A DNA stretch of 63,252 nt, counting the filler, from Hyphochytrium catenoides (lineage: Eukaryota; Protista; Hyphochytriomycota): NCBI GenBank assembly GCA_900088475.1. It is 17 parts of 17 records of this genome, joined end to end, with 100 filler letters (N's around TTAATTAATTAA, not from the genome) between each part and the next. Parts side by side here need not be neighbours in the genome. Positions count along the whole stretch, not along the records: positions 1 to 16,772 come from FLMG01002964.1; 16 more parts are not named here. One strand, written 5' to 3'. Below, piece after piece: positions 1 through 13,785 of this stretch. A program made the translations under genes and the position numbers. The notes beneath the pieces are model-generated. The model made no database searches. It was not told the DNA's origin and was given only the letters and a program-made list of their open reading frames with translations. Every line of letters starts with the position of its first letter. Position 1 is the first letter of the stretch.

Positions 1-52
1 GAGAGAGAGAGAGAGAGAAAGAAAGAAAGAGAGAAAGAGAGAAAGAGCGAGC

Positions 53-83
<31 letters not shown>

Positions 84-336
84 GAAGAGAAGTTGGCTCC
101 TTTGAAGGATTCTTACCTTCCTTCCCAATTACCAACCAGAATTCTGACTCACACAGATGTGCGCTCTTAGAGCGCATAGAGAACTTTCTCGCTACCAGCC
201 TGGAGGGCATAAAAAATGTCATCTAGGTACGACGCACTATGCACACCTCAAGTGCGCTCATGTGTGAGTCTGTTCTTCCTCTCAACTTCAAGATGAAGTG
301 GTAAGGCGACGTGACAGAAAGGCTGGGTCAGGGAGG

Positions 337-392
<56 letters not shown>

Positions 393-989
393 GCGTCTCG
401 CTATATTATTTCCTGCAAGTCATATATAGTAGGCAGCTAACGATAGAAACCGATGTCAGACTCTATCACCGAAGGTCCGGCCAGCGGGCGCTAGGTCTCT
501 AGAGCGAAGCCTTCGTGAAGCAGAGTCAGCAGGGAAGGGTCATGGCGGCACAAGGCTGATGGAGGAGTTGTCCTCTAGTACTTAGACGGTTCAAGCTTAG
601 ACCTCCAGCCTTTACTGTCTCATTGCGCCTCAGGTGTACAGAAGTCCAAGCTTAGAGTATTATAAAGAATATGGAAGACCAAGAAAGCTCCCAGGCTGCC
701 AGGAGGCAACTGGGGCCCCATAGAAACAACCTGTTCCCACCACGTGGGCAATCGTGGATCTAGTTCTCGCGGTCCCGCTGCGGATGTCTGCTGCCGCTGA
801 GCCAGGTCTCTGCTCAGGCTTTCCTGGCCAAGTTCCTCTGTTTATTGCTCTTTTCTCTTCCTATACTGAGCTTATACTAAGGATGTCGCGCCTTGGCGAT
901 TCTGTCTTACGCTCACTGGGGCAGGACAGAAAGGATCAGCAGCCTTGGGAAGGCAGCGTAGGAGCCCTTGAGCTCTGTCTTGCCCCTTA

Positions 990-3210
990 CTACTTGAGAA
1001 TAAAGTCAAACTTCCCATCTAGTGATCCTATGTGAGCCTTCTTCCTCTCTCTCTTGTCCTTCTCGTCAGGCAGGAGAAGAGCTCCCACGACTGGGGAGTC
1101 CAGGTAGGCGCTCACTGCCTCCATGCGGCGCATGTGCTGGAAACGAGAGAAGTTCCAGCAGTAGAGAAGTCCCAAGGCGCAGGACGTGGAGATCAACAGC
1201 AGCGGGAGAAACTCCAGGTGGCTGTCGTTGGACAGAGAAAAAGAGTGCGGGAGACAAAGAGTGCGGGAGACAAAGGAAAAGAGAGAGAGAAATGAGTGTC
1301 AAGATAGAGGAGATAAATGCAACTCTGAACACTCAGAGAGGCAAGAAGGGGGTTATACCAGGAAGAGACAGAGAGAGAGAAAGTGACTGCAAAGGGAGAG
1401 TTGGTAAGAGAGAGAAAGAGAGAGGCGGAGAAAGAGAGAGAGGGAGCCGCGTCTTAGGGTCTGACCTGAGGAAGAGAGGGTGGACGAACTCGTTGAAGAG
1501 TGTGATGACAGGAAGAGCACCCAGGAGAAGCTTCTCCAATCGGCTGAAGCGCAGTCCTTCCTCTCTGATGTGCCTAAAGAGAGAGGTTCCGTGGAAAATG
1601 TAAGCCTTGTTCGGAGAGACATCAGGAGTAACATTTGAGAGACAGAGGCCATGAAAAAGCAGCGAGAGAGAAAGAAGATAGAGCGATAGCGCAGAAGAGC
1701 AGCAGCGAGTGGGAGGTAAAGAAGAAACAGGCCGAAGAGAGATGTATACAGAGATACATGAGAGAGCCCAGGGTAAATAGATCAACAGAAAACCAGACAC
1801 CGAGCTTGAAAGAGCGCGAGAGCAGTGGAGAGAGAGAGAAGAGGGAGAAGAGAGAGGGGGAGGGAGAGAGCAAGAGAGAAAGAGAGAGAGAGAAAGAAAG
1901 AAAGAAAGAAAGGAAGAAAGAAAGAGAAAAAAGAAAAAAGGAAGAAAACTGAGAGACAGAGAAAAGGAGAGAAAGAGAGAGAGAGAGAAAAGGAAAAGGA
2001 AAGAAAGAAAGAAAGAAACAATAGAGAAAGATAGAAAGAAAGAAGACAGAGAGGGAGAGAGAGAGAGAGAGAGAAGAGAGAGAGAAGGTGAGAGATGAAG
2101 CGAAACAGAGTTTGGTGGTTGATGGTTGAGCTCGCGCTTCTGGACCGTACCTCTGCCTCTGGGACTGTCTGGTAAAGGAATCTACGAGACTGTAGGAGAG
2201 GACTGTGAACGTGGCCCAGAGAAGATACTTCGTGGCCTTCTCTGCAGAATTTGAGGCAGAAGAAATGAGTGATGGGGGCCCTACGGGATGACATGGAGAG
2301 GACAAGAGAGAGAGGAAGAAGCAGAGAGAGAGAGAGAAGAGGGCAGGCATGCGAAGGGAAGAGATAAGAAGAAGCTCTCTCGCTTCTATTCCCTATAAAG
2401 TTGGTCCCATATACCTGTTGCTGTGAAGAGAAGCGGGAGAAGCGCGTAGTGTCCAAAAACAGCCGTCAAGAGGAAGAGGCGGCCGTCAAAGCTGCTCTCA
2501 AGGGCAGAAAGGCTGCATCTATGGTCAGTAAAGAGCTGAGAAGAGAGAGACCAGAGGGAAGGAGAATGTGTATAGAGAGAAAGAGAGAGAGAGTAGAGAG
2601 AGACAGAGAGAGAGACAACCAGACAGAGAGAGAGAGAGGGAGGGAGAGAGTGGAAAAGAGAAGGGAGAGAGAGTAATAGCCGGAACCCGAATGGAGGGCA
2701 AGAAAGATTAGCTTGTACAAAGGGAACCATAAGATAAAAGGGGACCATAAGATCAAAGGTAAGGAGAAAGAGAAAGAGAGGCGGACATCAGCGCTCCAGA
2801 CCTTAAAGGGATAATCACCATAAGGATCGCCTTCTCGTGCACGTGATAGCCAAGCATAAAGGAGCAAAACGCGAGGTAGGTAGCGGCTGCGAGACAGAGA
2901 GGCGAAGGTAAGCCCGCAGAGAAAGGACTGGGAGAGAGTGAGAAGGACTGGGAGAAAGCCAAGGGAGAGGGGAAGGGGATGAGAGAGAGAGAGAGAGAGA
3001 GAAAGAGAGCGAGCGCGAGGAGGTAGAATTTTGTGAGAACGACGAAATGGGAGCTGTTAGAGAGGAAAAGAGAGTGGGATGGAGAAGAAGAGTAAGGGCA
3101 TTAGATCTGGAGAAGGAGCGTTAGAGCAAAGGCAATCTGATAAAGAAGCGGCACATCTGTGTCTGTGTGACTGCGTCTATCTGAGTGTGGGTGGGTGTAA
3201 GTGAGAGTGT

Positions 3211-3254
<44 letters not shown>

Positions 3255-6200
3255 CGGGGGGTTTGGAGAAAATAGAGAGAGTCTAAGGGAAGAGAGAAGA
3301 AGGTAGCGTTAGAGAGGGGAAGAGTGGCTTACCAGAAGCAAAAGCTCGAGGATGAGGTCGCTTCCAAACGTCAGCAAGGACAGGCTGGGAAGACAAGAAA
3401 CTTAGATTCTAAGACGTGCTTTGCTGAAGGTGACCGCAAGTGAATCAGAAGAGGACGAGCCAGGAGGTCGGGGCTCTAGAGGTTTGAACGGCCATTAGTC
3501 CCGACTGAGAGAGAGAGAGACAGACGAGTTGACAGGGACCACGGTGAGAGGAAGAGAGAGGAAATGGAAGGAGAATAGCAGAGAGAATGACTTAGAGTAT
3601 AGTGAGCGGAGGAGAGAATAACTAGAGGACGGACATAGCAAATCGCGCTGCAGAGAAAAAAGGGCAAAGGCGGAGTAGCAGTAAGGGAAGGCAAAGGCAC
3701 TGTAAGTGAAGGCTGACCAGCATAGAGAGTAACGTGACGAGCCCGGTGGCCAGAGGCGGGATGGGGGGAAGAACCGCGAAGCTTGCTTCTTGGACCAGGC
3801 CGCCGGTCATCGCAGCGACTCCGGTGTCCTACAACCCAGAGTCACCGACAAATCAGTGGCACTTCTCTAGCATTGGGACTGCTCCTCTCTGTCTCTCTCT
3901 TTCTCTCTCTCTCTCTCACTCTGTCTTCCTTTGGATGTGGTTTCTCCTTCTCCTCCGCTAACAACATTCTCTAGTCCTGGTGCTTACGATCGTGCAGAGC
4001 TTCAAGCGCCGGCAACCGGCAGCGAGCACCTAAAATCCAGCAAGTAAAGCAACTTGATGAGAAAATAATTGCTTTAAAGAGAGAGCTCGAAACCAAAAAG
4101 AAAGACCTCAGAAGAAAGATATTGGCTTACGAGGAGGAACGCGCTTGAAGTGAGACAGAGAGAGAGAGAGAGAGAGACAAGAACAGAAGGAGACAGAGAT
4201 CCAGGTTAAAAGCATGACTGCACCTTGTCAGCTAGAGTGTACAAAGCCCACACGTTTGGAGCCCAATACGCGTGAACCAGTCCCCTTTGTACCGGAAATA
4301 GCCTCGAAGCGAGCTGTCGGAGATTGGGCAGGACCACCTGTGCCAACTAAAGTCAGTCTATATACTCACCGAAGAGAGAGGGAGAAGGAGGGGGAGAGAA
4401 AGAGAAAGAGAGAGAGGCCTATGGATGATATTGAGAGGACTACTCGAAGTCAGTAAAGGAGAGGTGAGTAGGAGTTAGCCATTTATGCAGAAAGGATTAG
4501 GGCTATGTAACGGAAAGAGAGACAGCGCAAGCATTTCAACACGAAGAAAGTACTCAGAGGACAGGCCAAGAGAGAGGAGGACGGCAACGTAGAAGACTTC
4601 TCAAGAAGTTAGCCAGTGGCCTTCTTCACCTCTGGGTGGCATGAGAGGTCATGCAGCTTGGGTTCGCAACGATCAGTGAGGAGACAGACAGGGAGAGACA
4701 GAAGCTCAGCGCCGGTCATCGTTGCGTCGTCGCGCTGGCACAGCACTGGGATAAGAGCCGTAGCAAACACTAAAGGAAAGGAGTTCCAGATGGTCAGAGC
4801 TAAGGAAACGGAACTATTGCCATCCGCCAAATGGGACACTGAAGTGCATATTATTGATGAAAGTGGAGAAGACGGTAGACCCTAAGCTGCACCGTCTCCC
4901 TCGGGAAGAGGATAGCAGGCGAGGAGAGTCTCTGCAGCAACCGAGATTTAGAGGGGTTGACAGAGAGAGAGAGAGAGAGACAGACAGAAATGGAGAGTGA
5001 GCGACAAATGGAGACGGACTGAGGGCGAGAGAACGAGGGACAGAATCACCGAGAGAGAGAGAGCGAACATGAGAGAGGTGGCACACAGTGATGAGCCGAA
5101 CCTGTCAGCACAAGCAGACCGAGCAGGAAAAGTCTGCCAATGTTAAAGTAGCGGCGGGTATCCAAGAGCTCAGCCTCCGATGGAGTGCGCCGCATCTGCT
5201 ATCCAGATTGTAGTCAGGAGAAGAAGCACGCCAAAGGAAAAGAAAGTCTTAGAACGGGCAGTGCCCAAAAAGGGGATTAACAGATGGGAAGACAGCGGTC
5301 GAGGGCCAATTCTCGGAGGCAATGCTAGGAGAGAGTCAGCATCATATCTATAAAATGAGTGTCAAGTGCAAACGAAGAGGAAAGGAGAGAGCTGAATCAT
5401 TTGTGCAGAAGAGGAGAGACTACGCAAAAGGGAAAGAACCACGGGCTGGGGGACCAAGGAACATGTGTCTCTCTCCTGCGCCTCTTTCTGTCCTTTTGTG
5501 TCTCCGAGCCCCTCTAAGGCAGCTTACCCTGGGCTTCTCCACACCTGTGAAGCAGTAATGGCGTAGCAAGTAAACGAAATAGACAGGAGCCACATAGAGG
5601 AAGATGTGCTTCAGCATCAGTAAGGCAGCAAACGCGCAGCCGCCTAGTAAGTCATTGCCCTATTAACAGCGAGAAAGAGCCTTGTGAGCCAGTTTGTAGA
5701 GGGAGAGAAAGCTCAAGACAAAACTAAAGGCTAGAGGATGAACGAGAGCACGAGGGATCTAGAGACACTGGAGCTTTCTCAGCGTTCCTCGACGCTGCCT
5801 TACATCTCTATCTCTCCTCTTCCCCACCCCCGAATAAAGTCAAACAGGGCTCTCCTTCTATAAAGACGGGATTCTGAAGCAGTCAATGGCAATGGTCCTC
5901 ACAGCAAAAGAAGACGAGTCTACATAACCCAGATGCCCACATCTTCGTCGGAAAGCTCTCAACGAGCAGCGAAGAAGCAGTTCACGGCTCATCTCTAACA
6001 GAGAAGTTAAGGTGATTGGCGTCTTCGCAGAGCTGCCGGTAGGTAGCAAAACCGCTGACGTAGGAGGAAAAGGAACAAAGACGCAAACAGAGAGAAGAGA
6101 AAGGAGAGAAGAGAGGGCATAACGGCGAAGAGGCTTCCTTAGGCTCCATACCCGTCTAATAAGAGCGATTGAGAGGACAAAGAGGCCAAGAAGCACGCCG

Positions 6201-7464
6201 TTATACTGGAAATGTATGTGGTCCACCATCAGCAGCCCAGGGTTGAGACTGACGAGCCCTAAGATGGTGAGGTACTTGCGGCGCCTAAGTAAAGCACCCA
6301 GGAGGAGAGAGGTGAGAAACAGAGATAAGGTTACACAGGGAGAGAGAGCACAGCGAGTGTACTGGAAGAAGCAGTCAGATATTATGGGGCAGTTAGGACA
6401 GTCCTAAAATGATGCAAAGAATGGAGGTGTGAAAGAGAAAGAGAGAGAGAAAAAGAAAGATAGTCTACCGAGCAAAGAAAGAGAGAGGTTCCGATAGATG
6501 GTCTACTGCGACATAAAGAGAAGGGAGCTAGTGGGAGCTGGACATGCAAAGGGAACGATAGCTAACCCCTAGCAGCCCAGCTGACGTAAGTGTAGGGCCT
6601 CTACAAAGACACAGATTGATGGGGAGACAGCTTAAAGAAGATAAAGATGTTTAGGAAAGAACTCCGTTGAAGAGAGAGAGAGAGGGGCGGGCTGAGGTAG
6701 GCCAGACGAGGAAAATTGCCATATAATAGACTTACGAGGCGGCAATGTCCACAGTGGTAGCCGTGGGCCAGGTAGAGCAGAAGAGATAGACGGAGAGGAA
6801 GAGGAGAAGGTCCGTGGCCATCACGGTGAGTCTCTGGTATAGCACCGTCCTCTCGCTCGCGTAGTTCAGGTTCTGCACCTGATCGAGTTCGGCGTTAGGC
6901 GATACATAGGAGGAGAAAATAGAGAGGGAGAGAGAAAGAGAGATTGACGGGAGCTGTAGATTAAATGACAAAGATAGTCCGCCGAAGGGAAAGACGAGAA
7001 AGACGAGCAGAATTGTAGGTCAGCAAATCTCAAAGAAAGCAACGACACCGGTAGGCAACGACATCGGCAGATAGAGCACAAAGCGCCAGAGCAGCCACAG
7101 TTCAGCTTCCTGAGGGCGGCACAAGAGAAGGCTACCTCCAGCATTCTGGAATCAAAAGCAGGTGCCAGCTGGGAGAGGAGCCATTCGAACCAGGCAAAAA
7201 AAGGCGGATAATCCAGCGTCCATTCTGACGTGTCCTAGCCATAGATGTCGCTTAGCTTTCCCTTATACCTGCGCAACTGCAGACGGCAGAGCCTGAACGC
7301 ACCTCATAGTACCAGCGCGATATTGGCAACGAATGCGTGATTGCCAGCCAATTCCGATGTACCTCAAAGTCCGTGCTACGGTAGGAGGGCACGAGGAGGA
7401 GCTTGACGCCCGTGGATAAGAAGAAGATCCACCAGCAGTCACGCAGGCGCACAGGATCCTCCAT
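990..7464 (-). CDS. ALG8: Dolichyl-P-Glc:Glc1Man9GlcNAc2-PP-dolichol alpha-1,3-glucosyltransferase, about 16 exons
   Basis: Spliced GT-AG exons give [110 protein letters not shown] at 7464, TAG at 990-992. Confidence 0.96.
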
Positions 7465-8304
7465 ATCCCTTATCTTCCTGCCAGTAGAGAGACCCTGTTT
7501 ACCTGCAAGAGCTCCATCCGGGAGCTGAGAATGGCAAAATAGTGCTAATCGGAGCCAGTAGAACTAAATCTCTGCGACCGAGCTTCATCAGAGCTTCAGA
7601 TCTGCAACCAGATTCTCTCTTCAAAAGATGAAAAATCTCTTCACAGCATCAGGGGAGCAACCTCTTCTGGAGTCCCCGACGAAGTGGAGCTTTGTCCAAA
7701 GGTACCGTTATGTAAACAGCAAGAAGGGTCTCTACTACCCGTGGGTGACCGACGATACCCCTAAACTTAGTGGGGCGTTACCGGCTAGGATCTGTCTGTT
7801 ATTTGGAGCTTGATAGATGTGCTCAGTGGAGGCTGATGACCTAACCTTCGCGATGCCTCTGTCGTGCCTGGACTGAGGTCTCCCGCTGGAAGGAGGGGTC
7901 AGTCACTAAGATTCATAGCTGAGAGACTGGGAAGGTGCTTTTGACAGAGGGGCAGGAGGCGGAAGCAAGGGAGAGAGCCATGATCTGGAAGCAGGTTCCT
8001 GGCACTGCTCTAGCATTACGGCATACTTAGCATAGGCGGTCGTGAATACGTTCCTACTGAATCTACTGGCCTCTCCCCTTCCTCTCTTCCTCTAAGTGTG
8101 CCTCCCTTGACAATATATGTAACCTTAAGTAAACAGCTAGCGAGCGGCGAGCGGCAGGCCGGAGAAGTCCCAACACACTTCCCACACACGGGCGAGAGAA
8201 GTCTAACTGACAGTTAGAAACGAAACTTGGGAGGCCATGCCATCGGCTACTTCTATGATGAAGCCAGCCAATAGCTGCAGCCAAGAGGGGGCGAGGAAGA
8301 GGCT

Positions 8305-9821
8305 CTAGCTAGTATAGCTTCGCTGCTGGCCGCCTTGGGCTCCGTCTCTATTGTACGATCCGCCGCCACCTCTGCCCCCATATCCGCCTCTACGATGGCC
8401 CCTGTAGCCTCCGCCACCTCGGTAGTGGCCTCCTCCGCCTCCTCCACGATTGTTATAATAATGCCCATCACCGCGACCACGGCCCCCTCTGCCTCTTCCT
8501 CTGCCGTAGTGCCTTCTCCCATCGTTAAGTCCAATCGCTCCAAAGGTTTCCGTGTTAAGCCGTCGCTCATCCGCAGGCCGCAGACGGCCATCCTTACCCT
8601 CAAGACGGTCCAGCGTGTCGCAAGAAAGAGAGTCGAAGAAGGAAAATTCCTTGTTATACACCTGGGAATTGTAAGAGAGAACGCAAGGACCCGTTAAGTG
8701 AGCAGAAGAATGTCATGGGTAACATAGACAATAATGTAAGTATTTTACCTGACTGGGCTCAGTCGGAACTCCATCGCTAATGCTTAGCTTAGCCATCTCT
8801 TTTTCTTTCTCGAACTGCTGATTGTGCTCTTCAAAGTTAAACTCTCCCTCAACACCTTCGGGAGCGGAATCTGCGAGCGCCCACAGACGTCAGTTAGCAA
8901 CCCGGACTCACCAGTAGATAGTGGAAGACACGCAGAGAGAGAGAGAGAGAGAAGGAAAGATATCGAGTCCAATAGAGAATCTCATACCGTGGGCTGCACC
9001 GCGTACTCTGCGGCTCAGCAGGGACTGGCCTGTTCCGGGTGCATGACCACTATGCCCTCTACCCCTTCCTCTCCGAGAGTAGTTGGAGTGTCCGGTCGCG
9101 GATCTGTCCTGAGCAGCTCCTGGAGTTTGTCCTTGCTCTACAGCCCTGCTAAGTGCCTGCTGTTGCTGCTGTGATGCTGCTCTATTAGGTGACAGCGCTG
9201 CTGAGTAGGAAGCTTGCGGTGGCTGCGGAGCCTTTGGTGGAGAAGGAGACTAAGCGTGCACACATTAGGGGTTACCTAGAGATCTGGGAGGTAAAGTAAC
9301 GAAAACGTGCTCACCCTTGGGGCAGGAGGAGGAGGAGGAGGCGAGGTTGGTGCTCTTGAAGGTGGTGGTGGCGCTCCTTGAGAGTGTGAGATAATGGCAG
9401 GATCATCGGGTACCTGCCAGACAGACTGCCGTCACGCTATGCTTTTGCTCGGAGACTTCGATTAGTACTTTCTCACCTGAGGTGGCGCAGCGGGCGCCGG
9501 TGCTTCGCAGACATGAAGATCTTTGATGTCTGCACCTCTGAAGACGATGTAGTCGTAGAGCTCGTCCGAGGGTGGAATCTGAGGACCATCTCTAGGCCTT
9601 CCTTCAGTGCCAAAAGAGCGAACTGCGTTGATCACAAGCAGCAATTATGACCTGAGCCTGCAATCAGAGGTAGAGATGATAGACTTACCATTCTGCAGAG
9701 CAACTGTTGACTCTTCCGTGCTTATCGTGTATAGGATCCCCTCATAGCGAACTTCACTCTTAGAGATCAGGCTGATGCGGCTGCCAATGTATGGCACCGC
9801 TGGACTTCCTCCTGAAGCCAT
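8305..9821 (-). CDS. LSM14: LSM14/Scd6/Trailer hitch P-body protein
   Basis: N-terminal Lsm domain ([24 protein letters not shown]...VRSFGTEGR...[14 protein letters not shown]), FDF-like [17 protein letters not shown] box (SFFDSLSCD), TFG box (RRLNTETFG), C-terminal RGG repeats. Confidence 0.95.
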
Positions 9822-10555
9822 AGCTTCCTAACTATACCAAGACTAGAAACTTTGTCTATCTGTACCAATATGTCACAGGATAAGGGCAACAATCAGACAG
9901 AGCATGGTTACAGAGGGCATCCCCATAAGTCAACACCGTATACCTATATAACTGCCGAAGAGTGGTTGAGCCAGATTATCTCTCTAGAGAGCTGGGGCGG
10001 ATCGAGATGCCAATACCTATGCCAATGCCAGGAGGCATCGAAGCTTCAGAATGGAGATTGCAGCTCGGTTTCTGGGGTGAGATGAAGCTTTCTGAGAGCT
10101 CTGCGGCCCGGTCCGCCGCTGATCTTTCCATGGAGACTGGGACAAAGATCCTTACCGCCATAAGCCCGTCTTTCAAAAAACACAATTACGGAGTTTCTCC
10201 ATATCAACGCTGCTGTCAGAATCCCTGATATCGGCAACTCTAGTTCAGAATAATGGGAATGGAAATTGGCATAGTCTGTTGAAATAGGGAACTCCGACAT
10301 CTTGCGTATTGCCTTTGCAAGTAATAGCTCTTCTATCATCCCTGTCTTCCAAATGTAGGGCTTCATGCATATTATAAAAATATAATAATATCGGAGTTAT
10401 TCGCCCCGTATCAAAGTCCAATCAAAGAACAGGGAAGCGCAGGAAGCTCAGTCTCTGACTGAAGAAATCTGCAGATCCTGCTCGAAGACCGAGTCAGAAC
10501 GGAGACTGGAGAACCGATAGCACGTAGGTTTCTGCAAGATCTCTAAGAAAGAACC

Positions 10556-11095
10556 ATGAACCGCGCTACTGGACTGGTGAGGGCTGCCACCGCGGCACCT
10601 CGTAGAACTGTCGGCGCTAGCGTTAGGCAGATGGGCGGGGGTGGACACTCCCAGCCGCACCCAACGGAAGGGTTTGAAGGCATGGTTCGACGCATCTTCC
10701 CGGAAGATCACCAGGTTTGTCAGACAATCTTCGCCCTGTACTGGCTTTGATGGATGTGCGTATGTTCTCTGAACTCTTTCCCTCCTAAATGTCGCACATT
10801 GCAGCTGGTAGCAGGGGTTCTCGGTATGTATGCTGGCATTATTCTCATTGCAAAGATGTGGCCATCTTCCAAGAAGGAAGACCCAGGTAAAGGCACTCCG
10901 TATTCGCCACCAAGGTTTTTTAGTTGTCTTACTTAGATCCCTTCATCCTTCTTAGCCGCCGCTCCTGCTGGCACATCAACCGGCATCTCGGATGTGCCTT
11001 CAATGTTTGACGAAGGCTTTGATAAGTGGCTGGCAGTCCCTGGCAATGCTGCTCGCTGGGAGAAGTCCGTTGAAGAGTGGGCCAACCGCAAATAA
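10556..11095 (+). CDS. Small single-TM protein with mitochondrial-type presequence (3 exons, about 125 aa)
   Basis: Exons about 10556-10714, 10805-10886 and 10956-11095 splice in frame at GT-AG: MNRATGLVRAATAAPRRTVGASVRQM-GGGGH...LVAGVLGMYAGIILIAKMWP...WEKSVEEWANRK*. Arg/Ala-rich presequence and one hydrophobic helix. Confidence 0.75.
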
Positions 11096-11932
11096 GCATA
11101 CCACACTCTTTCTCCTCCTTTCGCAAATGATCTCTATTGGCGCCTCTCTAGTGCCCCATTGGCGCAGAGTGGAGGGCAGAGCGCGCAGTGGAGGTTTGAT
11201 CTAGTTTGTCAGGGTCCTAGCAGACATTATGCCTGCTGCATGCGGCCAGGAAGGAAGAGACGATGCTCCTTAGCGAAGGACCTTTGAAGGAGGCTGCTTT
11301 CCTAGCTCATGTCCTTCTCTTTCCCCCTTTACGCTTCTCCTCTTTCTCTCTCGTGTCTTCAACGATGGGAGGAGAGGGTTAAAGTCCACAGTTAATTTAC
11401 TTAGCAGCTTCTACTCTATTGGTTGCCCTCTCTCGTGCTAGGAGTGAGCTGATCTGTGGGCCTTACAGAGCTCAGAGAAGATAGAGCGTGGTAAAGAAGA
11501 GAAACACTGGTGGCAAACAAAGGAGAGAGAATGATCGGTTAAGCGCGTTCTGAAGCTATCGCTGGATGCCCACGAGAGAAAGCGAAAAGAGGGCCAGTCC
11601 TTGATGTTGATGGAGATCCACGACTGCTGTTCACTTCGCTCACTCTCTCTTTACCTGGATAGCGTGTCTCTAGTTGACCATCGCTTGTCATCCTCAGAAT
11701 GATATTAAACCCATGAACCAAGGGAGGCAGAGAGACAGACAGCAGCAGAAGCGATATGGGGAAGTCTATCCTAGCTATAATATGAGATATCGTGGCTTTA
11801 TCAGCTCTTGCTCAGTGCAGATAAGGAGAGAGAGAGAAGCGAGGTTGGAGGCACAAAGGAAAGAGCAGGTTGACCGTATATTACACAGCGGTTGGGCCTC
11901 GTGGATGGGCTGATAGAAGAAAGAGAAAGAAG

Positions 11933-13032
11933 CTAACTTCGGCGAGGTTTCTTCGCCTTCTGCGCTTTGCTGCTACCATTGATTGCCTTTCCTCCCTTGC
12001 TCTTCTTATCCTGACGAGATGGAGAGGTTGGTTTCTTTTGCTCTTCCTCTCCCTTCTCCTCATCGCTGCTCTCCTCCCAAATTCCCTCCTCATCAGCTGC
12101 AGAGTCTTCATCCTCTTTATCCCAGTCTTTCATCTTTGCTCCCATCATATAGCTGTCGTCGAGCACACTCCACGTACTGCTGGTCGGACCCTTCTTATCG
12201 CCCTATTAACGGGGGAGAGAAAGGGAAAGAGAGGAAAGAGGCTCAGAAGGAGGCCAAAGCAGGCTGAGAGACCAAAGAGACATGGTAGACCAAGAGAGAA
12301 GATGATAAGATCCACTCAGAGAATAAGAACAAGAGAAGTGAAGATCCATCAAGAGAATAGCACAGCCTTTCCCAGGTCCAAAGACTGGGGACGAAGACGG
12401 GAGAGAGCGACTTCCGAGGAGAGAGCTTCATGGAAAGGACGCACTTCTTTCTCTTGACTCTCTTCTGTCTTCTTCAATTGACTCTTGGCCTTTCCATCGC
12501 CTGCTGGCGTCTTGGTCGCTAGTGCTTCGCTCTTCTTCAGCACCTGGAGGAAGCTGTCCTTGCTCATCTCTTTCACTGCAGAACGTTAGGGTTAGGCGGC
12601 GAGGAGACTGCAGGGCAACATCTAACATCACATAAGAGAGAACAAAAGAGAGGGAGAAAGAGAGAAGAGAGAGACAGAGAGAGAAGAGAGAGACTCACAC
12701 ACACACAGACAAAGAAAGCATATAGAAATGGACAAGAAAGTGGAAAGAAGGGCAAAGGAACTATATAAGAGGTAAGGAGACGGAGAGGAAAGAAAGGACT
12801 CGACATGAATAGAGAGAGACCACGAAAGGGATGGCGGGGAAGAGAAGTGAGTATGTCTTAGAGAGAGCCAGAAAGAAGGAAACAGCGGGTTACACTGTTG
12901 AAAAGAGGCCGCAAACCTCTTTTCTTATCCTGGGCAGGAGCGTCCGCGGCCTTCTGGTGCGCCGAAATGGCATTAAATAGCGCCACCACTGTCGCCGCAC
13001 AACAGGTAAGACTCGTAGAGTGCTAGAGCTGG

Positions 13033-13072
<40 letters not shown>

Positions 13073-13717
13073 CTCTCTCTCGTCTCTCTCTTCTTCAATC
13101 GTTGGTCCCACACTCTTAGTCATTGTTAGTTGCTTCTCCCTATGGCATTCACAGCCCACAGACCGACGAGAGGACTTCAGGCCACTTCTTTCCCTCTCTT
13201 CTGGTGCAGAGAGAGAGAGAGAGAGAGAAAAAGAGAGAGGAAGATATACATATATATACAGAGAGAGAGAAAAGACTTACCACCCCGCGTCGCCACCTTC
13301 TTCAGACTCCGCTCAAAATCAATTTTCAGTGGATCTGGCGGTGCGTTGAAGCGCTCGTACTTCTCTTTCCTCTCTTTCGCTGCCTTTAGCGCTGCTCTCT
13401 TCTCCTCCTTGTCTGCGTCTTCCAGTCTCTTCACCTCTTTCTTTCTCTTCGCCAGCACGGGGTTCTTCTCTTCGCTCACTGTTTGGTTCAAGATCTTGGA
13501 CATCGCGTCTCCAAAGCCCGATGTCGGGGCAGCAGGATCCTCTAGAGAAGAGAGAAGAGGGAAGGGTTGGAGCCATAACGAAAGCGAGGGATCTCATTAG
13601 GATTGTGAAGAGAGAATGGAGGAACAGGGAGAGAGACACAGAGACACAGAGAGAGACAGACAGAGACAGACAGACAAAGAGAGAGACACACAGAGAGTGA
13701 GAGAGAGAAAGAGAGCG

Positions 13718-13785
<68 letters not shown>

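Noticed and set aside
1022-2750. Many long ORFs rich in ERER or SLSL (here and throughout)
   Set aside because: They are translations of stop-free (GA)n/(CT)n intronic microsatellites overlapping real spliced genes.
9962-10366. ORFs between LSM14 and the small mitochondrial-type gene
   Set aside because: No homology cues; better explained as divergent promoter and UTR sequence.
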